DNA of 64,000 bases, from contig NC_058369.1 of assembly GCF_018350175.1 (NCBI RefSeq), forward strand, positions 1,490,001 through 1,554,000, in the 5' to 3' direction. This stretch comes from Felis catus. Its lineage: Eukaryota. A model generated the notes under the pieces. The model did no database searches, was not told where the DNA came from, and saw only the letters and a list, made by a program, of their open reading frames with translations. Position numbers and translations under genes: made by a program. Positions 33,544-45,500 of this stretch are shown here, one piece after another; position 1 is the stretch's first letter, and every line of letters starts with the position of its first letter.

Positions 33544-36500
33544 ACACACCAAAAAAAAAAAAAAAAAAGTCCACGCTCCTGGATAGGAAGAACAAATATT
33601 GTTAAAACGTCGCTAACTACCGAAAGCAATCTACATATTCAACGCATTACCTATCAGAATAACACCAGCATTCTTCATGGAGCTAGAACAAACAATCCTA
33701 CAATTTGTACGGAACCAGAAGAGACCCCGAATAGCCAACGCAATCCTAAAAAAGAAAACTAAGGCTGGAGGCATCACAATCCCAGACTTCAAGCCGTATT
33801 ACAAAGCTGTAGTCATCAAGACAGTATGGTACTGGCACAAAAACAGACGCTTAGATCAATGGAACAGAATAGAGAACCCAGAAATGGACCCACAGACGTA
33901 TGGCCAACTAACCTTTGACAAAGCAGGAAAGAATATCCAGTGGAATAAAGACAGTCTCTTCAGCAAGTGGTGCTAGGAAACCTGGGCCACTTTCTTACAC
34001 CAGACACAAAAATAAACTCAACATGCATGACAGACCTAAACGTAAGACAGGAAGCCGTCAAAATCTGAGGAGAAAGTAGGCAAAAACCTCTTTGATCTTG
34101 GCCGCAGCGACTTCTTACTCAACACGTCTCCGGAGGCAAGGGAAACAAAAGCAAAAATGAACTACTGGGACCTCATCAAAATAAAAAGCTTCTGCATAGC
34201 GAAGGAAACAATCAGGAAAACTGAAACGCAGCTGACGGAATGGGAAAAGATATTTGCAAATGACATATCAGATAAAGGGTTAGTATCCAAAATCTATAAA
34301 GAACTTATCAAACTCAACACCCAAAAAACAAATAATCCATGGGCAAAAGACCTCAACAGACACTTCTCCAAAGAAGACAACCAGATGGCCAACCGACACA
34401 TGAAAAAATGCTCCATGTCACTCATCATCAGGGAAATACAAATCAAAACCACAAGGAGATACCGCCTCGCACCTGTCAGAATGTCTAACATTAACAGCTC
34501 AGGCAACACAGATGTTGGCGAGGATGCAGACAAAGAGGATCTCTTTTGCACTGCTGGTGGGAAACAGCCACTCTGGAAAACAGTCTGGAGCTTCCTCAAA
34601 AAACGAAAAATAGAACTACCCGACCACCCAGCAATTGCACTACTAGGCATTTATCCACGGGATACAGATGTGCTGTTTCGAAGGGACACTTGCACCCCTA
34701 TGTTTATAGCAGCCCTGTCAACAATAGCCAAAGTGTGGAAAGAGCCCAAATGTCCATCGATGGATGAATGGATAAAGAAGATGTGGTCTATATAGACAAT
34801 GGAGTATTATTCAGCAATCAAGAAGAATGAAATCTTGCCATTTGCAACTATGTGGATGGAACTGGAGGGTATTATGCTAAGTGAAATTAGTGAGAGAAAG
34901 ACAAATATGTGACTTCACTCGTGGAAGGGAAGCAAAAATAATGTAAATACAGGGAGGGGGACAAAATATAAGACTTTTTTTTTTTAATGTTTATTTTTGA
35001 GAGAGACAGAGACAGAGTAGAAGCGGGGTGGGGCAGGGAGAGAGACACAGGATCTGAAGCGGGCTCCAGGCTCTGAGCTGTCTGCACAGAGCCTGACGTG
35101 GGGTTCGAACTCAAGAACCGTGAGATCGTGACCTGGGCCCAAGTCAGACGCTTATCCAACTGAGCCACTCAGGCGCCCCAAGAGACTCTTAAAGATAGAG
35201 AACAAACTGAGGGCTGCTGGAGGGGTTGCGGGTGGGGGGATGCGCTAAATGGGCAAGGGGCATTAAGGAGGACACTTGTTGGGATGAGCACTCAGTGTTA
35301 TACGTAGGGGATGAATCACTGAATTCTGAAATCATTGCACTATATGCTAACTAACTTGGATGCAAATTAAAAATAAATATATTATTTTAAAAAAACGGGG
35401 AAATTAAAAGCCGAAGCAAATGTGACAAAATATTAAAGTGAGTTGAGGGGCGTCTGGGTGGCTCAGTTGGTTACGCGTCTAGCTTGGGCTCAGGTCATGA
35501 TCTCACAGTTCATGAGCTCGAGCCCCATGTCGGGCACTGTGCTGACACTCAGAGCTTGGAGCCGGTTTCGGATTCTGTGCCTCCTTCTCTCTCTGCCCCT
35601 CCCCTGCTCACACTCTGTCTCTCTTTCAAAAATAAATAATAAAAAAATACAGTGAGTTGAGCTGAGTATGTATTTCATACTATCTCATGATATAGTTATT
35701 TTATAATAAAAATAAAAATTGTAGTAATAATACAAAATTAAATAAGTAAATAACTTCACATAAAAAAAAAAAGTTTGCTAGGTCTCAAGGCAGAGGGAGG
35801 GTGTTGCCGGTGATGGGAGGAGCTTGAACAGGGGTGGAGGTGTGAGAGCTGATGTTTTATTTTGAGAAGGTGAAGAGGCCACTTTGGCGTGTAGGATGAT
35901 ATCATGCTCACGCCCTGAGAAAGACGACACCCCAAGGAGGCCCTTCGGATGCACTTGAAGGAGGCTCGCGGGAGGGCAGGGGGAGGGGCAGCGGTGGGCG
36001 TGGCTGGCGGCCGAGGGTAAAGGGCAGGCTTCGCCGAGGCCTCCTGGGCGGACCGAGGAGGGCAGTGCTCCCGGTGCTGGGGCGTTCGGGCTCTCTCCCG
36101 GGCGGGACCTCGACCTGCGCGCCAGCCGCGGAGAGCTTTGTGCGTGCCCTTCGCGGAACACGGCCCGGTCGGGTCTGTTGGCCGTGAGACAGGGCAGATG
36201 GCCTTGGGGCGTGCGGGTGTGGCTCTCTCTAGAAGTTTGGGTCCTGCTGCCTGGGAAGAAGACTAGCTTTCCACCGGGTAGGAGGCTGCTTGCCGACAGC
36301 CCTGAATACATTTGTTACCATTTTATGACCCTGGCTGGGAGATTCCCCAGATAGACACATCTCCCCCAGTGGCTACAGAAGTGTACTGTCAAGGCCAGTA
36401 ACAGACCCGGAGCAAAGTTGGTTCCCTCCCCGCCCCGGTACTCCCTTCCCCCTCCTCCACCTGTCTCCCCTCCTCTACTGGCCCCCACCTCCCCACCTGT

Positions 36501-39500
36501 CCCCTCTGCTCCTCCTGCACCTGTCTTCCTCTCCTCTATCAGCCCAGGCCCTCCTCCACCTGTCCCCTCTTCTCCATCTGTCCTCACTCCTCCACCTGTC
36601 CCCTCTTCTCCATCTGTCCTCACTCCTCCACCTGTCCCCTCTTCTCCACCTGTCCCCTCTTCTCCACCTGTCCCCTCTTTTCCATCTGTCCCCTCTGCCC
36701 ATCCTCCACCTGTCCCCACCCCTCCTCTGCCTCAGCATCTCCAAGCTTCCTGGGTTTTTATTTCTCCCCCCTCTCCTCCTAAGACCTACCAAGTCTTAGA
36801 GGGGAGGCTGCTTCTGGCCTGGACGCACTGGCTCTTCTCAGACCCCCTGATGTGGAATGCATTCGCGGTCCCCCTGAGTCACGGTCTCCCTCGCCATTCC
36901 TGAACCTACTCGGTGGCCGTGACATGTCGGAAGGCGGCCTGTCCGTTATCCCAGACCGGGACTGGCCAAGCCCCACTTGTAGCATATTGGGTCCTTTTGA
37001 GGAACATCTTCTGGTTCCTTTAACTCCGTGGGGGAGGAGACTGTACGCGGGCATCCGACGGAAGCGCAGGTTGATTTAGCAGCAGGCTGCTTGTGCCAAG
37101 TGTGGGGACGGAGGTCTGTGCTCCGCAGTGACCTTTCTAGAAGCTTCTACTCGTTCCCCCTTTACACACGTGACATTTTTCTCCAACAACCTGGGTCCCA
37201 CAGATCAGGGGTCAGCAAAGGTGTCCCGCAGAGGCCCAGATGGTGAATATTTCTGGCTTTGTGGGCCACGTGGTCTGTGTAGCCACTGCCCGGCTCTGCC
37301 GTGGTCACTGAGAGCAGCCGGAGGCCCTGCGCACAGGAGCGGGTGGCCGCGCTCCAAAGAAACGTATTCAGGAGCACGGAACATGGGGCGCAGGAGGCCG
37401 GTGGGTTGGGGATCGGATGTGCTCCATAGTGGCCCACGGTGAGGAGGTGCTGGGGTCCTGAACGCGGGGTGGCCCATTGGAAAGAGCAGACGGCCAGGCA
37501 CAGTACGCGGGGCCTCAGCCAGGGTGAGGGATGCCCTTGGGGGACAGTCTGGTGGGAAGAATCTGGAAGAGGGGGCAATTAGGAGTTAGGAGGTTCTGTC
37601 TCTGGTGGAGGGACTGAGGTGAGCGGAGGTTGGCCAGGGCAGGTCGGGGAAGGACACAGCCTTAGCGAGACGCTAGGAGACCTCCGGTCAGCCTCGGGCG
37701 GCCCCTGGCCCTGTTGCCACGAGCCCGGGTTCTTAGAGCTGGGTGCTGTGTTAAGCACGGCTTCACAGAGCACACCCAGCAGTCCACGTGGCCTTGGGTC
37801 CCTGGCTCAAGGCGGCAGACGGAAACGTCAGAGTGGAGACGCCAGCCGGAAGAGAGGTGGCCGGGTGCCTCGGAGAAGCGCAGGGTGGACACCCAGTGCC
37901 TCCTGTTGGCCTCCAGGTTGCGGGTTTGGGAGGCCCGGGGTCGGTCCACGCTCCCGCCGCCACAAGTGACCAGGGCCCGGGTGAGAAGCTCCCGGAACAG
38001 CCGGGGCCTTGCTGTGTTCCCACCGAGGCTCTGGCCGGATGAAAGCCCGTCAGGGCCCCAGGCCTGGTGTTGGGAGCCGTGAGCCATCCGGACCCTCGGC
38101 CCCGACGGCGAGGCGTGTGTCTGGCGGTGCCAGCTGGGTCCCGCCGGTGCACGTGTGTCTCCTTGGCAGATTCTTGGGGTACCAAGGAGTGAGTTTTCCA
38201 TCTCGGCCTTGAGGTGTTTGCAGCCCACGGGGAGCACGAGCTAGAGACACGGGGGCCCCAAGAGCCCTAGGTGCGCACGGCAGGATTCGGGGGTCAGGCG
38301 GGCGCAGGGCCCCCTCGGTGTGGTGGCTGGACTCAGCCCCCTGGCACCTCGCACGGGGTGTCTCTCCTGAGACCCCCTCCCCTCTCAGCAGACCCTGGGG
38401 AGCTACTCAGACTTGGGGCAAGCCTACCGGCCAGCAGAGCAGCCAAGACCTGGGCGTCACATGCCGCGTGGCCCGCTGGTGACAAAGCCCTCCTGAGGGA
38501 CAGAGGTCATGCTCTGCGCCCCTGCCCCAGGCCAGTGTAGGGGAGGAGGCGGGAGAGGTCTTGTGAATCAGGTCCACCTGACAGCCAGGCAGCGGCTCCA
38601 GGGAGGGATGGAGACAGGGAGCGGGGACACCTTTGTGTGATGGAATTGTCACATAGATTAAGCTGGCGTTCAGCAGAAAAGAGGGCTGTCGGCCTCTTCT
38701 GTCCCAGGCCCCCAGCCACCCCACTGCCCTCGAGGGCCGTCCAGTGCTCCGAGGACGCGGATCTGCCCCTGTGCCTTGCTTTGAGTTCAGACGAAGCTTG
38801 CTGGATCCTCCTGACCCTCTGGGGGTGGCCCTTCCCCTCCCTCCTCCTCCCTCCTTCTGGGGAGCCGGGGCTGTGTGGAGTTAGGGTTAGGTGTGTGGGG
38901 AGGCAGGCTCTGGCAGGGACAACTGTGCGTGCCCTGATGATGTCAGCACGACCCTGCTCTGTGGCGAAGTCTGGCAGTTCCCAGCCACGCCCCAGGGCAA
39001 GGGGTTCGGTCCTGACCTGGGATCCCACTGGCTCCCAGGATCCCACTGGCCGGTCACATCACTGGGTCTGATGCCCCCCCCCCCCCCGGAAAGTTGGCAC
39101 CAGGGGCCTGGACCCAGCTGGCTTCGCTGGTCAGTGGCCAGATTTTCCAGGAGCCTAGTTACCAGGGTCAGGGGCAATCCCCAAACCTGCTGGGGTGCAG
39201 AAAAGCTCCTCCAGGCCTCCTGCCTGGCCCTGTGCTCCCGGCCTCTGCCTGGAGCCCCTGGGCAGACCCGCTGGCTCCCCACGTCCCCCTCGTGACGGAG
39301 CCGTGGGGGTTTCATTCTTCATTCTCCCCGTCCCATCGATCCTTGGAGGGCCCCGTGACGTGGTGCTGTCCCAGCCGTGAGAGCCACGGCCACGGCCAGC
39401 ACCCAGGTCTCCCTCGAGAAGCTTGTCCCTGCCTTGTTTCTCTGCCGTAAGATGCGGATGGAGGTGTCCCATCCGTCCTGTCCAGGGAAGAAACCAGCCC

Positions 39501-42500
39501 AAACCCTGAGCTGGGGGGTGGGGGTTGTCCTCCTTGTCAAGCCCCGGTGCTGAGCTCTCTGACTTACCGCCCTGTCACCCCAGGTGGCCTGTGAGTACGG
39601 CATGGTGCACGTGGTCTCCGAGTCAGGGGGCCCCAGAGGCAAGGACTACTGCATTCTCTACAACCCACAGTGGGCCCACCTGCCCCACGACCTGAGCAAA
39701 GCGGTGAGTACCCACTGGGGCGTCCCCTCTGGGGCCCTGCAGGCCCGGAGTGCTCTGGGGTGCCCCCTCCTGACTTGGGGTCCGGTCTGTGTTGCTGGCT
39801 GCCACCCTCCGCTCCCCAGCCTGCTGTCTGAGGGGACTGCTACGAGTCTCAGCCTGCAGGGAACCAGCTGGAGGACAGAGGAAGTGCCTCAGCTGGGAAA
39901 CCAACGTGGGGGGCCTGGTCACACTTGAGGGGCTGCTGGGGTCTCAGACGACCGTAGAGGGGCCCCATCACCTCTCTGGGGCTTGGTTTCCTTGGTCAGA
40001 AACAAAAGGACGTTCAGGTGGTGTTGAGGCACAGCCCCTGCCGGGGGCGCTGGCCACCCCCACGTGCAGGATGGGCTCGTGGGTGATTCTCACTGCCGAG
40101 GCCACGGCTCCCGCCTGCCCAGCCCGTGTTCCGTTCGCAGTGGATGCTGGGAAGGTTTCTGGGGGCTTTTCTCTGAGCGCACGCCACCCCCTGCCCCTCC
40201 CGTTGGCCTCGCGCTCAGGCGTGTGGACGTGTGTGTGCGTGCGGCCCCCCACTGACTTTTCTAGATCAGGTGGTGTCAACGCCCCCTTCCCCAGTCCCTC
40301 CTGCAGCTGCGGGACTGGACGGCCTCTGTGCTCTGCTCTCCGCCTGACCTCCCGGCCAAAGGCTTCAGCAACCAGATCCCGCTGGTGGCGCGGGGAAACT
40401 GCACCTTCTACGAGAAAGTGCGGCTGGCCCAGGGCGGCGGGGCGCGTGGACTGCTCATCGTCAGCAGGGAGACGCTGGTAGGGCCCCGGGGCCTTGAGAC
40501 CGGGGTTTGGTTTGCTGACCGTGGCTGCGGACCCGTGTCTCTTGGAGGGGGACCTGTTCCTGAGCAGTCGCGGGGGCTCTGGGGAGACCGGATCCCATCT
40601 CGCTCTACAAGGCCTCGGGGCAGAGCTCGGGGGTACCCTCTGAGGAGCAGCTGGCATGGGCCCACATCCCACGCGCCTGCCTCTCCCCCCCAGGCAGGCG
40701 CCCCCCCCCCCCCCCGGCCCAAGCTGCCTCCGGGAGGGCTAGCTCTTCAGGCCGCCTCGCCCTTGGGAAGCCAAGGGCCCCCCTCCCGCCACACCCTCCT
40801 CTCGGCCCCCAGGTCCCTCCAGGAGGCAACAAGACACAGTACGAGGAGATCGGCATTCCCGTGGCCCTGCTCAGCTACAAAGACATGCTGGACATTTTCA
40901 AGGTAGGGTTTCCCACGTCCTCCGGCCTGCGGCTGTTGCCAGGCCGTGAGTATCTGGCGGGCAGGGGTGGGCAGGGACCCACGAGAGGCCGCCCACCCGG
41001 GGCCGGTGGTGACACTGACCCGTGGGAACGGAGACGCTGGCCCCAGCGGTCAGAGCGCCCAGGCTCCGGGGCCTCTGTGCCGAGCGGCAGCCGGACCCTG
41101 GCTTCCGGGCCGGACCGGCCGGCCCCGCCCACACGCCAGAGACCCTGAGCTTGGCTGTCCCTGCCCACACACGGCCCCGTCTGACCAGAGGCCTGTGTGC
41201 ACCCACCATCGGGGGAGTTGTTGGTTCCAGAACAGGCGAGCTTCCAGACACAATTAAAATGGAAACGTTCAATCTTTGTGGAAGCTTCTGGCAATTTGCA
41301 GGACATGTCTTGATCCTGATTGCAGCCTCACAGCTCCCCCAAGGGAACCATTGTCGGCCTCCCACATGCTTCCCGGGGCGACGTCCCCGCTCCTGCACGC
41401 GCACACGCATCTAGGTTTAGGACTCGTGTCCCCGCACGCGCGTGGGCCCCTTCACCGGACGTCGTGTGACACTTGTTCCAACAGTTGACTTCTCTGGGGT
41501 GGGAGTGGCAGGCGAAGGCTCTCCCCGGGCCCCGGCTCCACGCGCGGGCCGGTCTGGGCTCTCTGGGTGGCCGAGGGGATGGGACGGCAGCCCCCGCCTT
41601 GAGCTCTGGTGCCTTCCCCGAGGCAGAGTTTTGGCCGATCGGCGAGGGCAGCGCTGTATGCCCCCAACGAGCCCATGCTTGACTACAACATGGTCATCAT
41701 CTTCGTCATGGCCGTCGGCACCGTCGCCCTCGGGGGCTACTGGGCCGGGAGCCGGGACGTGAGGAAGTGAGTGTCCCAGGGAGACCTCTCCCTGGCCGCC
41801 CAGGGAAGCCCGTGACGCGGTCGGTGCCGGGTTCGGGTCCGCGGGTGGTCCTAGCACTGGCCGAGGGCATCGCGCCTCTTTCCATCAAAAGCGGCCGTCA
41901 CGGCTTGGCTCCTGGGGCTGGGGCCCGCCTGGCAGCCCCTCGCCGCGTGGTCTCGCGAGGTCCCCGGGGTGGGGTCCGGCTTTCTCGTCGAAGGGACGGC
42001 AGGGATGTGTGATGGGCGTGGAGGGGGCGCCCCTCAGCCCCGTGGACCCCTGCGTCCTGCTGCCCCTGCCCGCCCCTCCCTGTTCCCGTGCCGGCCGGCA
42101 GGGTGCCCCTGACCCAGCTGTGCCTCCCAAGAAGGTACATGAAACACAAGCGGGATGACGGGCCCGAGAAGCAGGAGGACGAGGCCGTGGACGTGACGCC
42201 CGTCATGATCTGTGTCTTCGTGGTCATGTGCTGCTCCATGCTGGTGTTGCTGTACTACTTCTACGACCAGCTCGGTGCGCCCCCGGCTCACCAGAGGGAC
42301 GCTGAGGCCCGTACCCCCGCTCACCGGTCTCGGGTCCCCCCTCCACCTGCTTGCGGGGTTCCACTTGAGAAGTCGGTGGTGGGGCGACCGCGGGCCGCCA
42401 TCGCCAGCCCGGAGGAGGGGACCTCTGCTCGGGGAACTGTCCCTCTCGTTATCAGCTGCCGGCCACCCAGCTAGGGTGCACGAACACCTGGAGCCCTTTC

Positions 42501-45500
42501 TCGGGCGGGGGGCAGGGTGGGAGACCCAGGTGGCCCCCGGCCCTCAATGCTCGCCCCACCCCGCCCCGCAGTCTATGTGATCATAGGGATCTTCTGCCTG
42601 TCCTCCTCCACGGGCCTCTACAGCTGCCTGTCTCCACTGGTCCAGAGGCTGCCGTTTGGCAGATGTCGGTAAGCCCCCCGCGGGAGGCCCCTGCCCGGCC
42701 CTGCACCCCCGGCGCTGCTCGCTGAGGTCCCACCTTGCCACCTTTCCTCGGCCTGTCCCTGGTGGTCTCCCGTCTCCTGGCCCCTGGAGCTCCAAGCTCT
42801 GCTTCAGCGGTGCCGAGGACCCCCTCCCTGTCCTGTGGCCCCCCAGCCAGTCTGGCGTGGCGTGGGCAGGCCACGCGTGCTCACTCAGTGCGGGCTGGGG
42901 CTCGCGGCCTCAGGAGTAGGGCAGAGCAGAGAGGCGGGTGGTGGTTCCCCAGCCTCTCTCTCGCTACATCCCATTCTGGGTCAGGCCCAGTGTCGACACC
43001 GGGGCTGAAGTGGGGCAACGTGGATGCATGTGGGTCCAGGGCAGGGGCGGCAGGGCAGGGCCGTGTGGCCGAAGGCGCTGTTGGTCCAGACCCCTGGGGC
43101 TCTCGGCTGCCAGGGGCCAGTGGCCGAGCGCTGAAAGGTTTGAAGGAGGGCGGGGCCGGCTCGGCACTGGCTTGGGTCTGCCCACCCCCATGTGCCAACC
43201 CCTGCTCTGTCTGCCCTGGACCTGGGGGGCCTCCCTTCTAGAAGTCAATCAAGAGGTCAGGGCAGAGTTCAACAGGGAATGGAGGCGGGGGCAGCAGGAG
43301 GCCCCGTAAGGATGAGGGGCCCAGGGTTTGGGGCAGGGGTGGAAGTGACCCTCTGGGTGCTGGTAAGGTAAGGAACAAGCTGGCCCTGACAGCTGCGCCC
43401 CCCCCCCCCCCGCCCCCAGGGTCCCCGACAACAGCCTGCCCTACTTTCACAAGCGGCCTCGGGTCAGCATGCTGCTCCTGGCGCTGCTCTGCTTGGCCGT
43501 CAGCGTGGTGTGGGGTGTCTTCCGGAACGAGGACCAGTGAGTGCCCCCCACCGCGGGCTGTCCTCAGATGCTCTCTGTGCTCGTCTCCCCGCGACCGTGA
43601 GCCGGGCTGTGTGGCGGCCAGGTGCCGCCCGCGTCCGGTGTCACTGGGTTTGTCGGCTGCCACGTGAACTGTGATTGGAATGTGGATATGGTTCCCGCAA
43701 AGCCTCCTGGCCCCGGGCGCCCTGAGCGAGCGCGTGTCCTCCGGGGTGCCCGCTGGTGCAGGGAGGCCCTGGCCGCCGGCCCCTGACACCACCTGGCGCT
43801 CCCTCCGAGCCTTTTCTGGGGCGGTTAACCGCTCTTGGCCGCGCTGCCGTTTGGAGCCACGACAGCTTTAATTGGGCAGAAGGAAAACGTGAAAATATTT
43901 TGAGTCCTTTGTACACAAAGGGAACACGAGCTCTCACGGTTAGATTCGAGCCACAAGACTCGCTCTGTTCTTTAAAATTAGAACAGGCCCAGTTCCCTCT
44001 GCGTCTGGGCGCCCACTGGCCGCCTGCAAGCCGCCTCTTTGTTCTTTGCGGCTGCCCCGGCCGGGAGATGTTTTCATCCCGGTCTGATGAGTAACCTGGG
44101 CCACGGCCTCCTTGCCGCCCCAGCGCGGGTGAGCCTGTGGACCGGGCGGGGTGGCTTGTGTGTGTGTGTGTGGGGGGCTCCCTGCAGCTGCTGGGGTGAC
44201 AGTCTTACCTGCCCCCCCCGCCGCCACCTTGCAGTCCCTGAGCCCCCATTTCTGGGACCAAGAGATTTGGTGTAGGACCTGGCTGGCGAGCATTTGGCTT
44301 TGCTAAATCACATAAAAAATAGTTTTGAAGCAAACCTGAGTCCAGTAGAGTCCAATAGTTGCACAGTGTCCCCACCCCATCCCCCCACCTCATCCCGTGA
44401 TGTGGGGGTGAACGCCACCACCCAAGAGAGACAGCCCCTGAGCGTATGCACCCATTCCTGCCTCACTCCCCCCGCCTCCCCCCAGCCTTGGTCCCGTGCC
44501 TGTGTCTTCACAGCATGGGGTCGGGCTGGGAACGGACAGCTTGCACAAGCTGGGAGCCAAGGTGGCCAAGGAGGGAGCGACCCGCCGGGTCATAGCTCTT
44601 GGTGGAGCCCCTGCCCCAGCGGGTGACCACCACTCTGCTCCCCAGGTGGGCCTGGATCCTTCAGGACGCACTGGGCGTCGCCTTCTGCCTCTACATGTTG
44701 AAAACCATCCGCCTCCCCACTTTCAAGGTGAGGGTCCCAAGGGGGTGGGGCCGCCGGATGGGAGGGGGCTGTGTCCTCAGGGCGGCTGCAGTCCGGCCCG
44801 CCCCCGTGTCCGCCCAGGGTGTCCCAGGTCCCCTGTGGACAGCATGTTCTTTGTGCCTCTGTCCGTGCCGCCACCTCTCTGGTGTCAGGGCTTAAGGATC
44901 AGCCGCAGGATCGCCTCCCAGTGTGGCGGCCACGCCAGTGACAGCTTGGCGCTGAGGATGCCCGGGTGGGGCCGCAAGGCGGCCGCAGGGCGGGGCCCTT
45001 CCCGAGGCGGCCACCGTGGCAGTGCCGGGTCAACTTGCTGCTGGTGAGCCGCGCACACACAGGCAAACAGGGGCGGCAGCGCCAGCGCAGGCCCCGTGGG
45101 CAGGACCGAGAAGTCCACGGGAAGACGTGAAGAAGGGGCGTCACCGCCCCAAAGCCACAGCGCCGGTCACAGAATGCGTGTCGCTGGAGCCACCTGCCTT
45201 CCAGCTTTTCCATCACTCAGAACCGTGGCCTGACTCACGTGCTGCCCTGGTCTCCCGTGGCTCCAGGGGATGGGACTGGATTTGCTCAGATTTGCCCCTA
45301 GCTGCTTTGTCCCGTGGGCACGGCTGAGCCTCGTGGGGGGAGGTGGGGTGGGGACGCGGCCTGGGGGTGTGCGCCGGGGGCCCTCTGAGCCCGGCCCCTC
45401 AGGACGTCCTCTCCCCAGGCCTGCACGCTGCTGCTGCTGGTGCTCTTTGTCTACGACGTCTTCTTTGTGTTCATCACGCCCTTTCTGACCAAGGTGGGCG

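Noticed and set aside
33677..34795. 99-aa and 212-aa ORFs
   Set aside because: Fragments of degenerate L1 ORF2, not host genes.
36315..36903. Repetitive ORFs (GGEEGT, PPVPSS and RRGDRW repeats)
   Set aside because: Translations of the 18-bp minisatellite.
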